A DNA stretch of 60,779 bases, taken from a virus. The notes under the pieces were generated by a model. That model had not been told where the DNA came from. It did not search any database and saw only the letters and a program-made list of their open reading frames with translations. How positions within the stretch are numbered: position 1 is the stretch's first letter; each line of letters begins with the position of its first letter. Location: IMG/VR virus record IMGVR_UViG_3300045988_033451, one strand, 5' to 3'. A program made the position numbers and the translations under genes. Of this stretch, positions 28,141-34,891 are shown one piece after another.

Positions 28141-28734
28141 TTATGCAGCGTGTTCTGACAAAATTCTGTCTAAAGTCGGTCTTGATACACCAATGTTCTT
28201 CGCAAATGCAGACTTGGTGATCTTACCGGACCGGTAAAGAATCAAATTGCTGTCAAGCAATTCGCTATCTACAGTTTTCTTTGTACCGCCCTTGTATTTG
28301 CCTTCTTTCTTTGCAATAGCGATTCCTTCTGCCTGCCGCTCTCTGATATGTTCTCTTTCAAGATTCGCAACGTAGGAAAGAATCTGCAATACCAGATCGG
28401 CGATAAATGTGTCTGTCAAGTCTCCGGTTCTTCCAATAGTCGTGTCAAGTAGTGGCATATCGAGGACCTTAATGCCTGCTTTAATAGTCTTAGTAATTCT
28501 ACGCCATTCCTCCATGATCTCGTCATAGTTTCTGCCGAGCCGGTCGATAGAAAGGATAATTAGAACATCGTCGCTTGTTAAGTTGGCAATCATCTTTTGA
28601 TAATCAGGTCGTTCAAAATCCTTGCCTGATAACTTGTCTGTGTAAATCTTTTCGCATCCAGCATTTTTAAGTGCTTCTAACTGTCTTGCAAGGTTCTGTT
28701 CCTTGGTTGACACTCTCGCATAGCCTATAATCAT
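28141..28734 (-). CDS. Small serine recombinase (resolvase/invertase family, 197 aa)
   Basis: MIIGYARVSTKEQNLARQ... catalytic-Ser motif, SIDRLGRN, and a C-terminal HTH (SAFAKNIGVSRPTLDRIL). Confidence 0.85.
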   Translation of the reverse strand: MIIGYARVSTKEQNLARQLEALKNAGCEKIYTDKLSGKDFERPDYQKMIANLTSDDVLIILSIDRLGRNYDEIMEEWRRITKTIKAGIKVLDMPLLDTTIGRTGDLTDTFIADLVLQILSYVANLEREHIRERQAEGIAIAKKEGKYKGGTKKTVDSELLDSNLILYRSGKITKSAFAKNIGVSRPTLDRILSEHAA

Positions 28735-28782
28735 AATCACACACCCCTTATCTTTAATTGATATGGGTATTATATCACAAAA

Positions 28783-28847
28783 TGCAATGCTTTGCAATGC
28801 TTTGCAGTGCATTTTATTGCTTTGCAGTGCTTTGCATTGCAATATTT
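28783..28847. promoter_or_regulatory. Six 10-bp-phased TGCTTTGCA(N) repeats overlapping the divergent promoters
   Basis: Units begin at 28788, 28798, 28808, 28818, 28828 and 28838. A TTGCAA-17-TATATT promoter faces the RHH gene. Confidence 0.5.
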
Positions 28848-28886
28848 ATTCGTTTATGTTATATTATGCTTATGGAGGTGTAATAT

Positions 28887-29039
28887 ATGGCTAAAAAGCA
28901 AAAGCAAAACGATGCTCAAATAACAGTTCGTGTTCCAAGTGAATTGCGTGTTGATCTGGAAGCAATTGCAAAAAAGCAAGGTCGCTCTCTTTCTAATCTC
29001 GTGATACACATTCTAACATCATATGTCGAAGATAATTAA
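28887..29039 (+). CDS. Ribbon-helix-helix (CopG/Arc-like) protein, 50 aa
   Basis: GGAGGT RBS. Translation is MAKKQKQNDAQITVRVPSELRVDLEAIAKKQGRSLSNLVIHILTSYVEDN. Not in the ORF track because it is under 60 aa. Confidence 0.65.
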   Translation: MAKKQKQNDAQITVRVPSELRVDLEAIAKKQGRSLSNLVIHILTSYVEDN

Positions 29040-29059
29040 GTCGCAAATTAGCGGCTTTT

Positions 29060-29422
29060 TTATTTTTCCGACAATTCGATATATTTATCCAGATACCATT
29101 TCGCCTTTTTAATATCTTCAACGCCATTTTTGTTATTGTGACGGTAGATGTACTTAAAAGCATTGCACACGCAGAAGTCCATAACAGCTTCTTTTCCTTG
29201 TGTTTCAATCATTACGTCGATGCACTCAAAGTTTCCTGTCTCATAATGCGACGGATGATTGACATTATCATTTGTTGATGTGGAATCGGATTCTCCTTCG
29301 GAAAGAACAAGCCGAACTATGTCATTCATACTTTCGGAAATGTTTTTTAATTTATCGTTCAACTTATTTATTTCTGTATTTATTTCGTCTATTTTTTGTT
29401 TTGTAAATCTCATTAAATCCAC
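29060..29422 (-). CDS. DUF3310-like protein
   Basis: NHPSHYETGNFECIDVM...AFKYIYR motif, as I recall for DUF3310. Confidence 0.65.
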   Translation of the reverse strand: MDLMRFTKQKIDEINTEINKLNDKLKNISESMNDIVRLVLSEGESDSTSTNDNVNHPSHYETGNFECIDVMIETQGKEAVMDFCVCNAFKYIYRHNNKNGVEDIKKAKWYLDKYIELSEK

Positions 29423-29598
29423 CTCTTAACTATCCGTATTGCGTATGCGTGAGATAAAATCCACTTTGCAATCGTTGATACCGGGTTTCCATCGTATTCT
29501 TGCCTTGAGTACAAAGACACCAAATAAATTCGATCTGTGATTCCGTAAACCTTATATCCTGTAGAACGGAGCCGGTGTATGTCTCGATACGTTATCAT
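29413..29598 (-). CDS. Hypothetical protein
   Basis: ORF, overlap-coupled to its neighbours. Confidence 0.4.
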   Translation of the reverse strand: MITYRDIHRLRSTGYKVYGITDRIYLVSLYSRQEYDGNPVSTIAKWILSHAYAIRIVKRWI

Positions 29599-29786
29599 GC
29601 TTCTTCTCCATATAGTTTGCTACGAACAGAAATATCATCTTGACAGCAAGGACATTTAATCGTCCATCTGTCTGAAACATCCGACCAATTAAACCTTAAA
29701 AGCGCATTGCATCCATTGCATCTAATCTGTTCATATTTCCCACGTTCAATTATTTTAATCATGCTTCTTCTACCTCGTCTCCCCAC
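29595..29786 (-). CDS. Zinc-ribbon small protein
   Basis: CNGCNA...CPCC. Confidence 0.45.
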   Translation of the reverse strand: MGRRGRRSMIKIIERGKYEQIRCNGCNALLRFNWSDVSDRWTIKCPCCQDDISVRSKLYGEEA

Positions 29787-30181
29787 AGTTCCAGATATTT
29801 CTGAACGTCATAATCGCCGACTGTTCTTTTTGCATAATCTTCGTTGATTGGAATAATATTTGAATAACTGATTGTTTTTTCATAAACAATGTATTTGCAT
29901 ATATCAAGGTCTAAGTACACATATTTCTTTGTTTTTTGTAAGCAACGAAACCATCTTCCGTTTTTTGTCTTAAATAACGCAGCCTTTTCTTCTTCACAAG
30001 AATCTGAATATTTAAAACAAACGACCAACTCTGAATCTTCTGTACTGTAAAGAAGTCCGTTGCAAATGCGTTGCGAGTGAATAATGGTTGTACGAGGTTC
30101 TTGCTCTTTGCGTTCTATCTCTTCTCGATTTTCAATTTCTGAATTTTTGTTTTTACGCTTAGAAAACAGTTTCATGTTCAA
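29759..30181 (-). CDS. Hypothetical protein
   Basis: GGGAGGAG RBS. Confidence 0.5.
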   Translation of the reverse strand: MNMKLFSKRKNKNSEIENREEIERKEQEPRTTIIHSQRICNGLLYSTEDSELVVCFKYSDSCEEEKAALFKTKNGRWFRCLQKTKKYVYLDLDICKYIVYEKTISYSNIIPINEDYAKRTVGDYDVQKYLELWGDEVEEA

Positions 30182-30534
30182 TCTCCTCCCATACGATCAC
30201 GTCCTTTTTTGTTTTTTGAAAAATTTTTAGATTCTAAAATGCTGGTCCATATCCACCATGCATGATTATTCACTCCTTAAATATCTATATATCAGTCACT
30301 ATAAAGCCTTTATATAATATTTATATATATTATGTGTATGTGAATAATGAGTATATATATTTGTTATATAATAAGACTCTTTTTGTTTTGAAAAATGTTT
30401 GGGGTGCTTAGTAGAGGTGTTTTCCTGGTCCTGTCAAACCCCCACCCCCTGCCGGCTGATCTGTTGGAGCTGATCTACTGCCGTTTTTCTATCGTCAAAT
30501 TGCACAAATAAAACAGGAAATCCGATTGTAAAAA

Positions 30535-31191
30535 CTAAGTACACTCTGGTTTTACACTATCAATCACTATATCTTGTGGTTTTGCTTCTATCTGTGCTAT
30601 ATCTTGTGTGCTATTGCCTAACTGTGGAAGATCGGCAGCGGTTAAGGCTTGCTTTGTGTCGGCTCTGTCTCTTGCTCCCGGCATACTCCAGCCGTGTACC
30701 TTGTTCAGCTTTGGAAGTATCTTCATTGGGTTATTGCGTCGGTCTTTCATAAGTGAAAAAAGACTTTCTTCATTATCTTCCATGATTTTTTCTTGCAGGT
30801 CGGAACGTTGAGAGTTTAGCCGCCCATTTGCCCAGTCATAAAGAGTTTGCTTTCCTATGCCGGCCATATCACAGAATCCCTTTTGGCTAACCTCTTGGCA
30901 ATGTCTATTGCATAGCCTTTTATATATATTATTATATATATATACTACTCTATCTATATCATAATCATTATATTGGGCATTATCTTTTTTCAATAACTTA
31001 TTACACGGTCTAAATAATTTAATATATAATTCTGTGATAATGTCATTCCAGATGCTTGGATATATATCCGACTCATCTATGTTATTAATTTTGCAATACT
31101 TTGAAACAATATCGGCAGCGATTGCTGGCATATCTTCAACGCATGATATAAATTGCGTGTATTCACTTTCCTGCTCTTTGATCTTTGCCAT
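30535..31191 (-). CDS. Terminase small subunit-like protein
   Basis: GGGAGGG RBS. An HTH (GFCDMAGIGKQTLYDWANG) is followed by NPMKILPKLNKVHGW, which resembles the TerS NP..IF.LKN..GW motif. Confidence 0.5.
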   Translation of the reverse strand: MAKIKEQESEYTQFISCVEDMPAIAADIVSKYCKINNIDESDIYPSIWNDIITELYIKLFRPCNKLLKKDNAQYNDYDIDRVVYIYNNIYKRLCNRHCQEVSQKGFCDMAGIGKQTLYDWANGRLNSQRSDLQEKIMEDNEESLFSLMKDRRNNPMKILPKLNKVHGWSMPGARDRADTKQALTAADLPQLGNSTQDIAQIEAKPQDIVIDSVKPECT

Positions 31192-31466
31192 GCTGTGCCC
31201 TCCCTTCCTGATCTTTGGCAAATAAAAAAGCCGGCTAGAAATGAATCTAACCAGCGAACGTTTAAATACAAGCGCCCTCTTGCCTTGGCTTGGTTGTTCA
31301 TATGCTCCGGGCGCATCCGCATATAACAATTATATACAAGCTTTATAAATTGGCTATACTATACCACTATATCTTGAATATGTCAATAATCTATGGGTTT
31401 ATAGGCTCTATATCTTGTATATGGCTTTTATATATCTATCAGGCATATATTTATATAATTTAATCA

Positions 31467-31495
31467 TTGACATATAAATAATATAAGTGTATATT
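31467..31495 (+). promoter_or_regulatory. Near-consensus sigma-70-type promoter (TTGACA-17-TATATT), plus strand
   Basis: TTGACA at 31467-31472, a 17-nt spacer, TATATT at 31490-31495, with a TG just upstream. Confidence 0.5.
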
Positions 31496-31502
31496 ATAAG
31501 CA

Positions 31503-31670
31503 CGATATAACCATATTGGAATGTTGAATAAATCTATTCAATTTATCAACCAATATAGCCATATTGGAATATAAAGTAAAAAGAATATTTCAATTTTGCA
31601 ATTTAACCGATTCGGAATGTAAAGTAATCTAATTAAATTTATATTTACGATATAACCATATTGGAAAAGA
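31503..31670 (+). ncRNA. Candidate non-coding transcript made of about 3.5 tandem 48-bp units with the core ATAACCATATTGGAAT
   Basis: GGAA cores at 31518, 31566, 31614 and 31663. The unit is bracketed by a promoter and a hairpin terminator and contains no ORF. Confidence 0.4.
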
Positions 31671-31671
31671 A

Positions 31672-31695
31672 AAAGGCACCTTGTTTGGTGCCTTT
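31672..31695. terminator. Bidirectional hairpin terminator
   Basis: AAAGGCACC...GGTGCCTTT stem with T runs on both strands. Confidence 0.6.
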
Positions 31696-31699
31696 TGTG

Positions 31700-32149
31700 T
31701 TATCTGTGCCATTGATTTAATAGTGCCCGCCTGAAAGTTATTCCATCGCATCTATCCGATTCTATATAGTGATTTTTAAACTCTTCCGGAGAATAATCAT
31801 GTACATATTGGGCGGATATGGTATAAATATTATTACCACCATATCCATTTTCTCGGCTTTTGTATAATTTGCGTTGCATCGGTATAATGCAATACGGGAT
31901 ATAGCTAACTGCAAGCGATCTTGTAACAGATATATGCGAATTGTAACAAGGAGCCTGCCGGAGATTTAAAGCGAAATCATAAGCGATATTATCAAGCTCC
32001 AGATCCGGACAATTTTCTTTTTCGTGTTCGTATAGCTTTTCTTTGCTGATATGCTCGCCCTGATCGTCTAAATAATTAAATATATCATCATACAAAATCT
32101 TATCTATCAATGTTTTCTTGTTATACACAAACATAGCATGAATTGTCAT
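31700..32149 (-). CDS. Hypothetical protein
   Basis: ORF, last gene of the leftward early operon. Confidence 0.5.
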   Translation of the reverse strand: MTIHAMFVYNKKTLIDKILYDDIFNYLDDQGEHISKEKLYEHEKENCPDLELDNIAYDFALNLRQAPCYNSHISVTRSLAVSYIPYCIIPMQRKLYKSRENGYGGNNIYTISAQYVHDYSPEEFKNHYIESDRCDGITFRRALLNQWHR

Positions 32150-32160
32150 ATATGCACCCC

Positions 32161-32427
32161 CTAAAATTCATCTGGAAGAAATGAAATTTCTTCCATTTCA
32201 GAATTAAAAAACCGGATTTTTTGCGGGAACTCTGGCACAGCGGTTTCTTCATCACCATTTTTTTCCTCTGCTCCGTAGATTTCAGCATATCCAAATTCTG
32301 CTTTTAATCGAAAATCACCGAATTTGCCGCCTGAAATATTCCATTCCGCATTTTCTGCAAATGTTTCCGCCTGTTGTTTGTCCTTTATTTCTCCACTCTT
32401 GAGAATTTCTAACAACTCTTTAATCAT
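32161..32427 (-). CDS. Small acidic protein
   Basis: 88 aa, rich in Glu/Asp/Phe. Confidence 0.5.
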   Translation of the reverse strand: MIKELLEILKSGEIKDKQQAETFAENAEWNISGGKFGDFRLKAEFGYAEIYGAEEKNGDEETAVPEFPQKIRFFNSEMEEISFLPDEF

Positions 32428-32442
32428 AAATACCGCCCCTTT

Positions 32443-32892
32443 CTAATCTTCTAAATACTGCTGATACAGATCATCCCATGCTTCGTGATCGTGGTTATTT
32501 TCAAGCTCCATAGAAGCTTCAAATGGTGTCTCTTCTTCATGGTCAATCACGCTATCAATTGGAATTGTATATTGATTTCCGCGAACTTCAACCCACACCT
32601 GCTTGCTGTCATTCTGGACGCCGTTTCCCTCTTCTGCTTCCCGGATGAAGTCCGGAAGATCAATTTTGAAATCTAATGTGCTGTAATCGAAACACTCGCA
32701 ATCTTCGCTCTCAATATCTTCTTCATACATGCGGATTTCTACCGTTTCGTCGTTGCCGTCTCTTCTATTCACGAAGTCCTCTTTCTTTGCCGCCTTGATA
32801 GCTTCCTCCTTGTCGTTGGTCTTGAGAATCTCAAATTCGTTGCCCCGCTTATCAATCGCCGTCACATAATATTTATATTTCATACTTTCCAC
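32443..32892 (-). CDS. Highly acidic protein (DNA-mimic/anti-restriction candidate)
   Basis: 149 aa with a very high Glu/Asp fraction, in an early-operon position. Confidence 0.5.
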   Translation of the reverse strand: MESMKYKYYVTAIDKRGNEFEILKTNDKEEAIKAAKKEDFVNRRDGNDETVEIRMYEEDIESEDCECFDYSTLDFKIDLPDFIREAEEGNGVQNDSKQVWVEVRGNQYTIPIDSVIDHEEETPFEASMELENNHDHEAWDDLYQQYLED

Positions 32893-32933
32893 CCTTCGCC
32901 ATCTGGCGTCCTTTCGTTTTTGTTTGGTCTTAT

Positions 32934-32951
32934 TATAACGATATCGTTATA
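32934..32951. promoter_or_regulatory. Perfect 18-bp palindrome TATAACGATATCGTTATA
   Basis: Seen directly. Same word family as the sites at 33231-33434. Confidence 0.6.
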
Positions 32952-32978
32952 TTATGTCAATAGTTTTTCCTACTTTTT

Positions 32979-33209
32979 TCAATCCATAAACGGACATTTC
33001 CCCGGATCACCTTGATCCGCTTGATCTTCTGTGTTTTTTTGCTGATCTTCTAAGTGATCAAGCACGCATTTAACTATAAACCCGTTCAGGCTTTCGCCTG
33101 CCGCCGCTCTGATCCGCTCCTCGTCTTCTTTTCTGAATCTTACTAGAGCTTTAAAATATGCGTTTTTCTCATATTTAGCGGTTGCTTTTGCTTGTGCCTT
33201 TGTTGCCAT
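32979..33209 (-). CDS. Ribbon-helix-helix regulator
   Basis: KALVRFRKEDEERIRAAAGESLNGFIVKCVLDHL has an RHH pattern. The gene is flanked by palindromic sites. Confidence 0.6.
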   Translation of the reverse strand: MATKAQAKATAKYEKNAYFKALVRFRKEDEERIRAAAGESLNGFIVKCVLDHLEDQQKNTEDQADQGDPGKCPFMD

Positions 33210-33230
33210 AATAACGCCACCTTTCTATAT

Positions 33231-33434
33231 AATGATATCGTTATTATAACGCTACTATATATATAAGTCAATACTTTTTATAAAGCTATCGTTATTATAA
33301 CGATACTATATAATATAGAAGAAAAACAGTATATAAAGCTGGCTTTATACATATTGCACAACAAATATATAATGATAGCGTTATATATTTGTGCATTATT
33401 CCGTCTTGCAATAATATAACGATAGCGTTATACT
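33231..33434. promoter_or_regulatory. Divergent early control region with at least four ATAACGATA(T/G)CGTTAT-type sites and a TTGCAA-17-TATACT rightward promoter
   Basis: Sites near 33234-33254, 33285-33306, 33372-33388 and 33415-33430. The -35 is at 33406-33411 and the -10 at 33429-33434. Confidence 0.55.
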
Positions 33435-33481
33435 ATAACCAAGTTAAGAAACCAAGCACCAAACGAAAGGAAGAAAACAAT

Positions 33482-33595
33482 ATGAAAAATTACAAAATCA
33501 CAGACAAGGCAACAAAGGCAATAATCGGGATCATAGCAATGACACCAGATCAGGCGCGGAAGGTTGAAAAGGATTTCATAGTTAAGGAGGTATAA
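33482..33595 (+). CDS. Tiny ORF P1 (37 aa)
   Basis: AAAGGAAG RBS, first gene of the rightward operon. Confidence 0.4.
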   Translation: MKNYKITDKATKAIIGIIAMTPDQARKVEKDFIVKEV

Positions 33596-33597
33596 AC

Positions 33598-33852
33598 ATG
33601 ATAATAGGAATGTTAAACAACGGAACAACATGTACATACGATTTACCATCAGAGGTAAAGACAGCGGAAGAATTTAAAAGCCTTATATATGGCTACAATG
33701 ACGGAAGAATGGCAGAAAGCCAGCGTGAAGAACTTTACAACCAGCCTAAATTATTGGGCTTGAATGGTCCTATGTGGGGCGGCTGGGGAACTCTTAAAAG
33801 CACAGGCGAAACGGTCGCAATAATTCGATATGAAAAACCTTTAAATTTTTAG
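33598..33852 (+). CDS. Small ORF P2 (84 aa)
   Basis: GGAGG RBS. Confidence 0.55.
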   Translation: MIIGMLNNGTTCTYDLPSEVKTAEEFKSLIYGYNDGRMAESQREELYNQPKLLGLNGPMWGGWGTLKSTGETVAIIRYEKPLNF

Positions 33853-33913
33853 CCGAAACGCTCCGATCTTGGAGCGTCCACCGCGGGACGGTCTCCCGGT
33901 GCTGATGATGGCA
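33851..33913 (+). ncRNA. Hammerhead ribozyme motif HH1 (type II topology)
   Basis: GAA at 33855-57. Stem III is ACGCTCC/GGAGCGT (A15.1-U16.1) and C17 is at 33878. Stem I hairpin spans 33879-33901 and CUGAUGA spans 33902-08. Stem II is short (GGC/GCC with one extra U). Confidence 0.55.
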
Positions 33914-33932
33914 GACCAGAAAGGAAAAAAAT

Positions 33933-34085
33933 ATGAAATACACAATCAAGATCAGCGGAAAACAGTATAACGACAATTACACATATGACACACATAATGA
34001 CGGTGACTTCTTCGGAGAGATCAAGGAGATCATCGAAGAGATCGAAAAGGGAAATATTGATACCTTGGAATTATCAAAAAATTAG
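33933..34085 (+). CDS. Tiny ORF P3 (50 aa)
   Basis: AGAAAGGA RBS. Translation is MKYTIKISGKQYNDNYTYDTHNDGDFFGEIKEIIEEIEKGNIDTLELSKN. Preferred over the track ORF 33985..34233. Confidence 0.5.
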   Translation: MKYTIKISGKQYNDNYTYDTHNDGDFFGEIKEIIEEIEKGNIDTLELSKN

Positions 34086-34145
34086 TGTCGAAACCGCCCG
34101 CGCGGCGGTCTTGCGTAGGCTGGCAACCTTGCAACTGATGAGACA
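34086..34145 (+). ncRNA. Hammerhead ribozyme motif HH2 (type II topology)
   Basis: TGTC precedes GAA (34090-92). Stem III is ACCGCC/GGCGGT and C17 is at 34110. Stem I hairpin spans 34111-34134, CUGAUGA spans 34135-41, and GACA pairs with TGTC to form stem II. Confidence 0.65.
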
Positions 34146-34175
34146 AGCCGGATATATGAAAGGATGGTTGATTTT

Positions 34176-34352
34176 ATGGAATTTATGGAAAAATTGCAGA
34201 AGCAGAAAGACGAAGCAAAAGCGGCATACATAAAGGCGCGCGGCGAATGGTGGGAAACAAGAACCGCGCAAAATGTCAATGGCGATTTTGAAAAATGGAA
34301 AATTGTATGTGACAAAAAGCGCGATTGTATGCGCTTGGGCGTTCTTGTGTAG
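34176..34352 (+). CDS. Small ORF P4 (58 aa)
   Basis: AAAGGA RBS. The ATG at 34164 is an alternative start. Confidence 0.45.
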   Translation: MEFMEKLQKQKDEAKAAYIKARGEWWETRTAQNVNGDFEKWKIVCDKKRDCMRLGVLV

Positions 34353-34400
34353 GCAAGTGCAGACGGTGCAACTTTCCGGGGTTCGATCTCCCCGGCTTGC
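34353..34400 (+). ncRNA. T-arm/acceptor-like minihelix element 1
   Basis: GCAAG...CTTGC outer stem stacked on CCGGGG-TTCGATCT-CCCCGG. It starts at the first nt after the stop codon and is followed by TTTT. Confidence 0.4.
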
Positions 34401-34446
34401 TTTTACCCGGATAACCGGGTAAAATTAAAACATGGAGGTGTTGAAC

Positions 34447-34641
34447 ATGACAATTATTGAAAAAATGCAGAAGGACGGATATCCGAAAATTATAAAAGGA
34501 AATGGAGGTTTTAGAGCATATTTGAAAGATATACAGCCTTTGGGCGGTGGTGATTATATGGCCATATATAGTTATCCCGGCGGCGAATGCTGCCACAGCC
34601 TGGAAGAGATACAAAAATGTTTTGAAATCATCGAACAATAA
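34447..34641 (+). CDS. Small ORF P5 (64 aa)
   Basis: TGGAGGTG RBS. Confidence 0.55.
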   Translation: MTIIEKMQKDGYPKIIKGNGGFRAYLKDIQPLGGGDYMAIYSYPGGECCHSLEEIQKCFEIIEQ

Positions 34642-34686
34642 CCGCCGCAGAGGATGCACGCCGGAGCGATACCGGCGGCGGTTTTT
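34641..34686 (+). terminator. Minihelix element 2 / intrinsic terminator
   Basis: ACCGC...GCGGT outer stem with a CGCCGG-AGCGATA-CCGGCG inner stem, or alternatively an 8-bp ACCGCCGC/GCGGCGGT stem. Followed by T5. Confidence 0.5.
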
Positions 34687-34726
34687 CCCGGAATTGGGAA
34701 TAATTGAAATATGGAGGTATGGAACT

Positions 34727-34891
34727 ATGGAGATAACGAGGAAATTTGCAAGTTGCTATTCAGTGACACAAGGGGAAAAGATTTTATTTAATGGCAGCAT
34801 GGCGGAGTGCGTCGAGTATTTGAAAAAGCGCGGAATAGTTGTTGAATTTTGCGGATTATGCAACGAAAAAATAAAGTATAGCCGCATATAG
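34727..34891 (+). CDS. Small ORF P6 (54 aa)
   Basis: TGGAGGTA RBS. Confidence 0.5.
   Translation: MEITRKFASCYSVTQGEKILFNGSMAECVEYLKKRGIVVEFCGLCNEKIKYSRI

Noticed and set aside
26989-28220. Short track ORFs across the tRNA region (for example 26989..27180, 27096..27302, 27451..27678, 27755..27958, 28038..28220)
   Set aside because: They overlap tRNA or tRNA-like structures, lack RBSs and have odd compositions. The region is better explained as RNA genes.
30234-30263. Nine-codon micro-ORF (MHGGYGPAF) with a strong AAGGAG RBS upstream of 29759..30181
   Set aside because: It is too short to support from sequence alone. It could be a leader peptide, but there is no attenuator-like structure or conservation evidence.
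31503-31670. CRISPR mini-array interpretation of the 48-bp repeats
   Set aside because: The ~48-bp period leaves only ~18-28 nt between the ~20-nt conserved cores, which is shorter than any normal repeat+spacer unit. The cores are also degenerate. It is kept only as a repeat or ncRNA candidate.
33985-34659. Track ORFs 33985..34233(+), 34074..34271(-), 34082..34315(-) and 34276..34659(-)
   Set aside because: They run through the hammerhead and minihelix structures, or antisense to the RBS-preceded small ORFs. The alternative set of short plus-strand ORFs, each with a TGGAGGT-type RBS, explains the region better.
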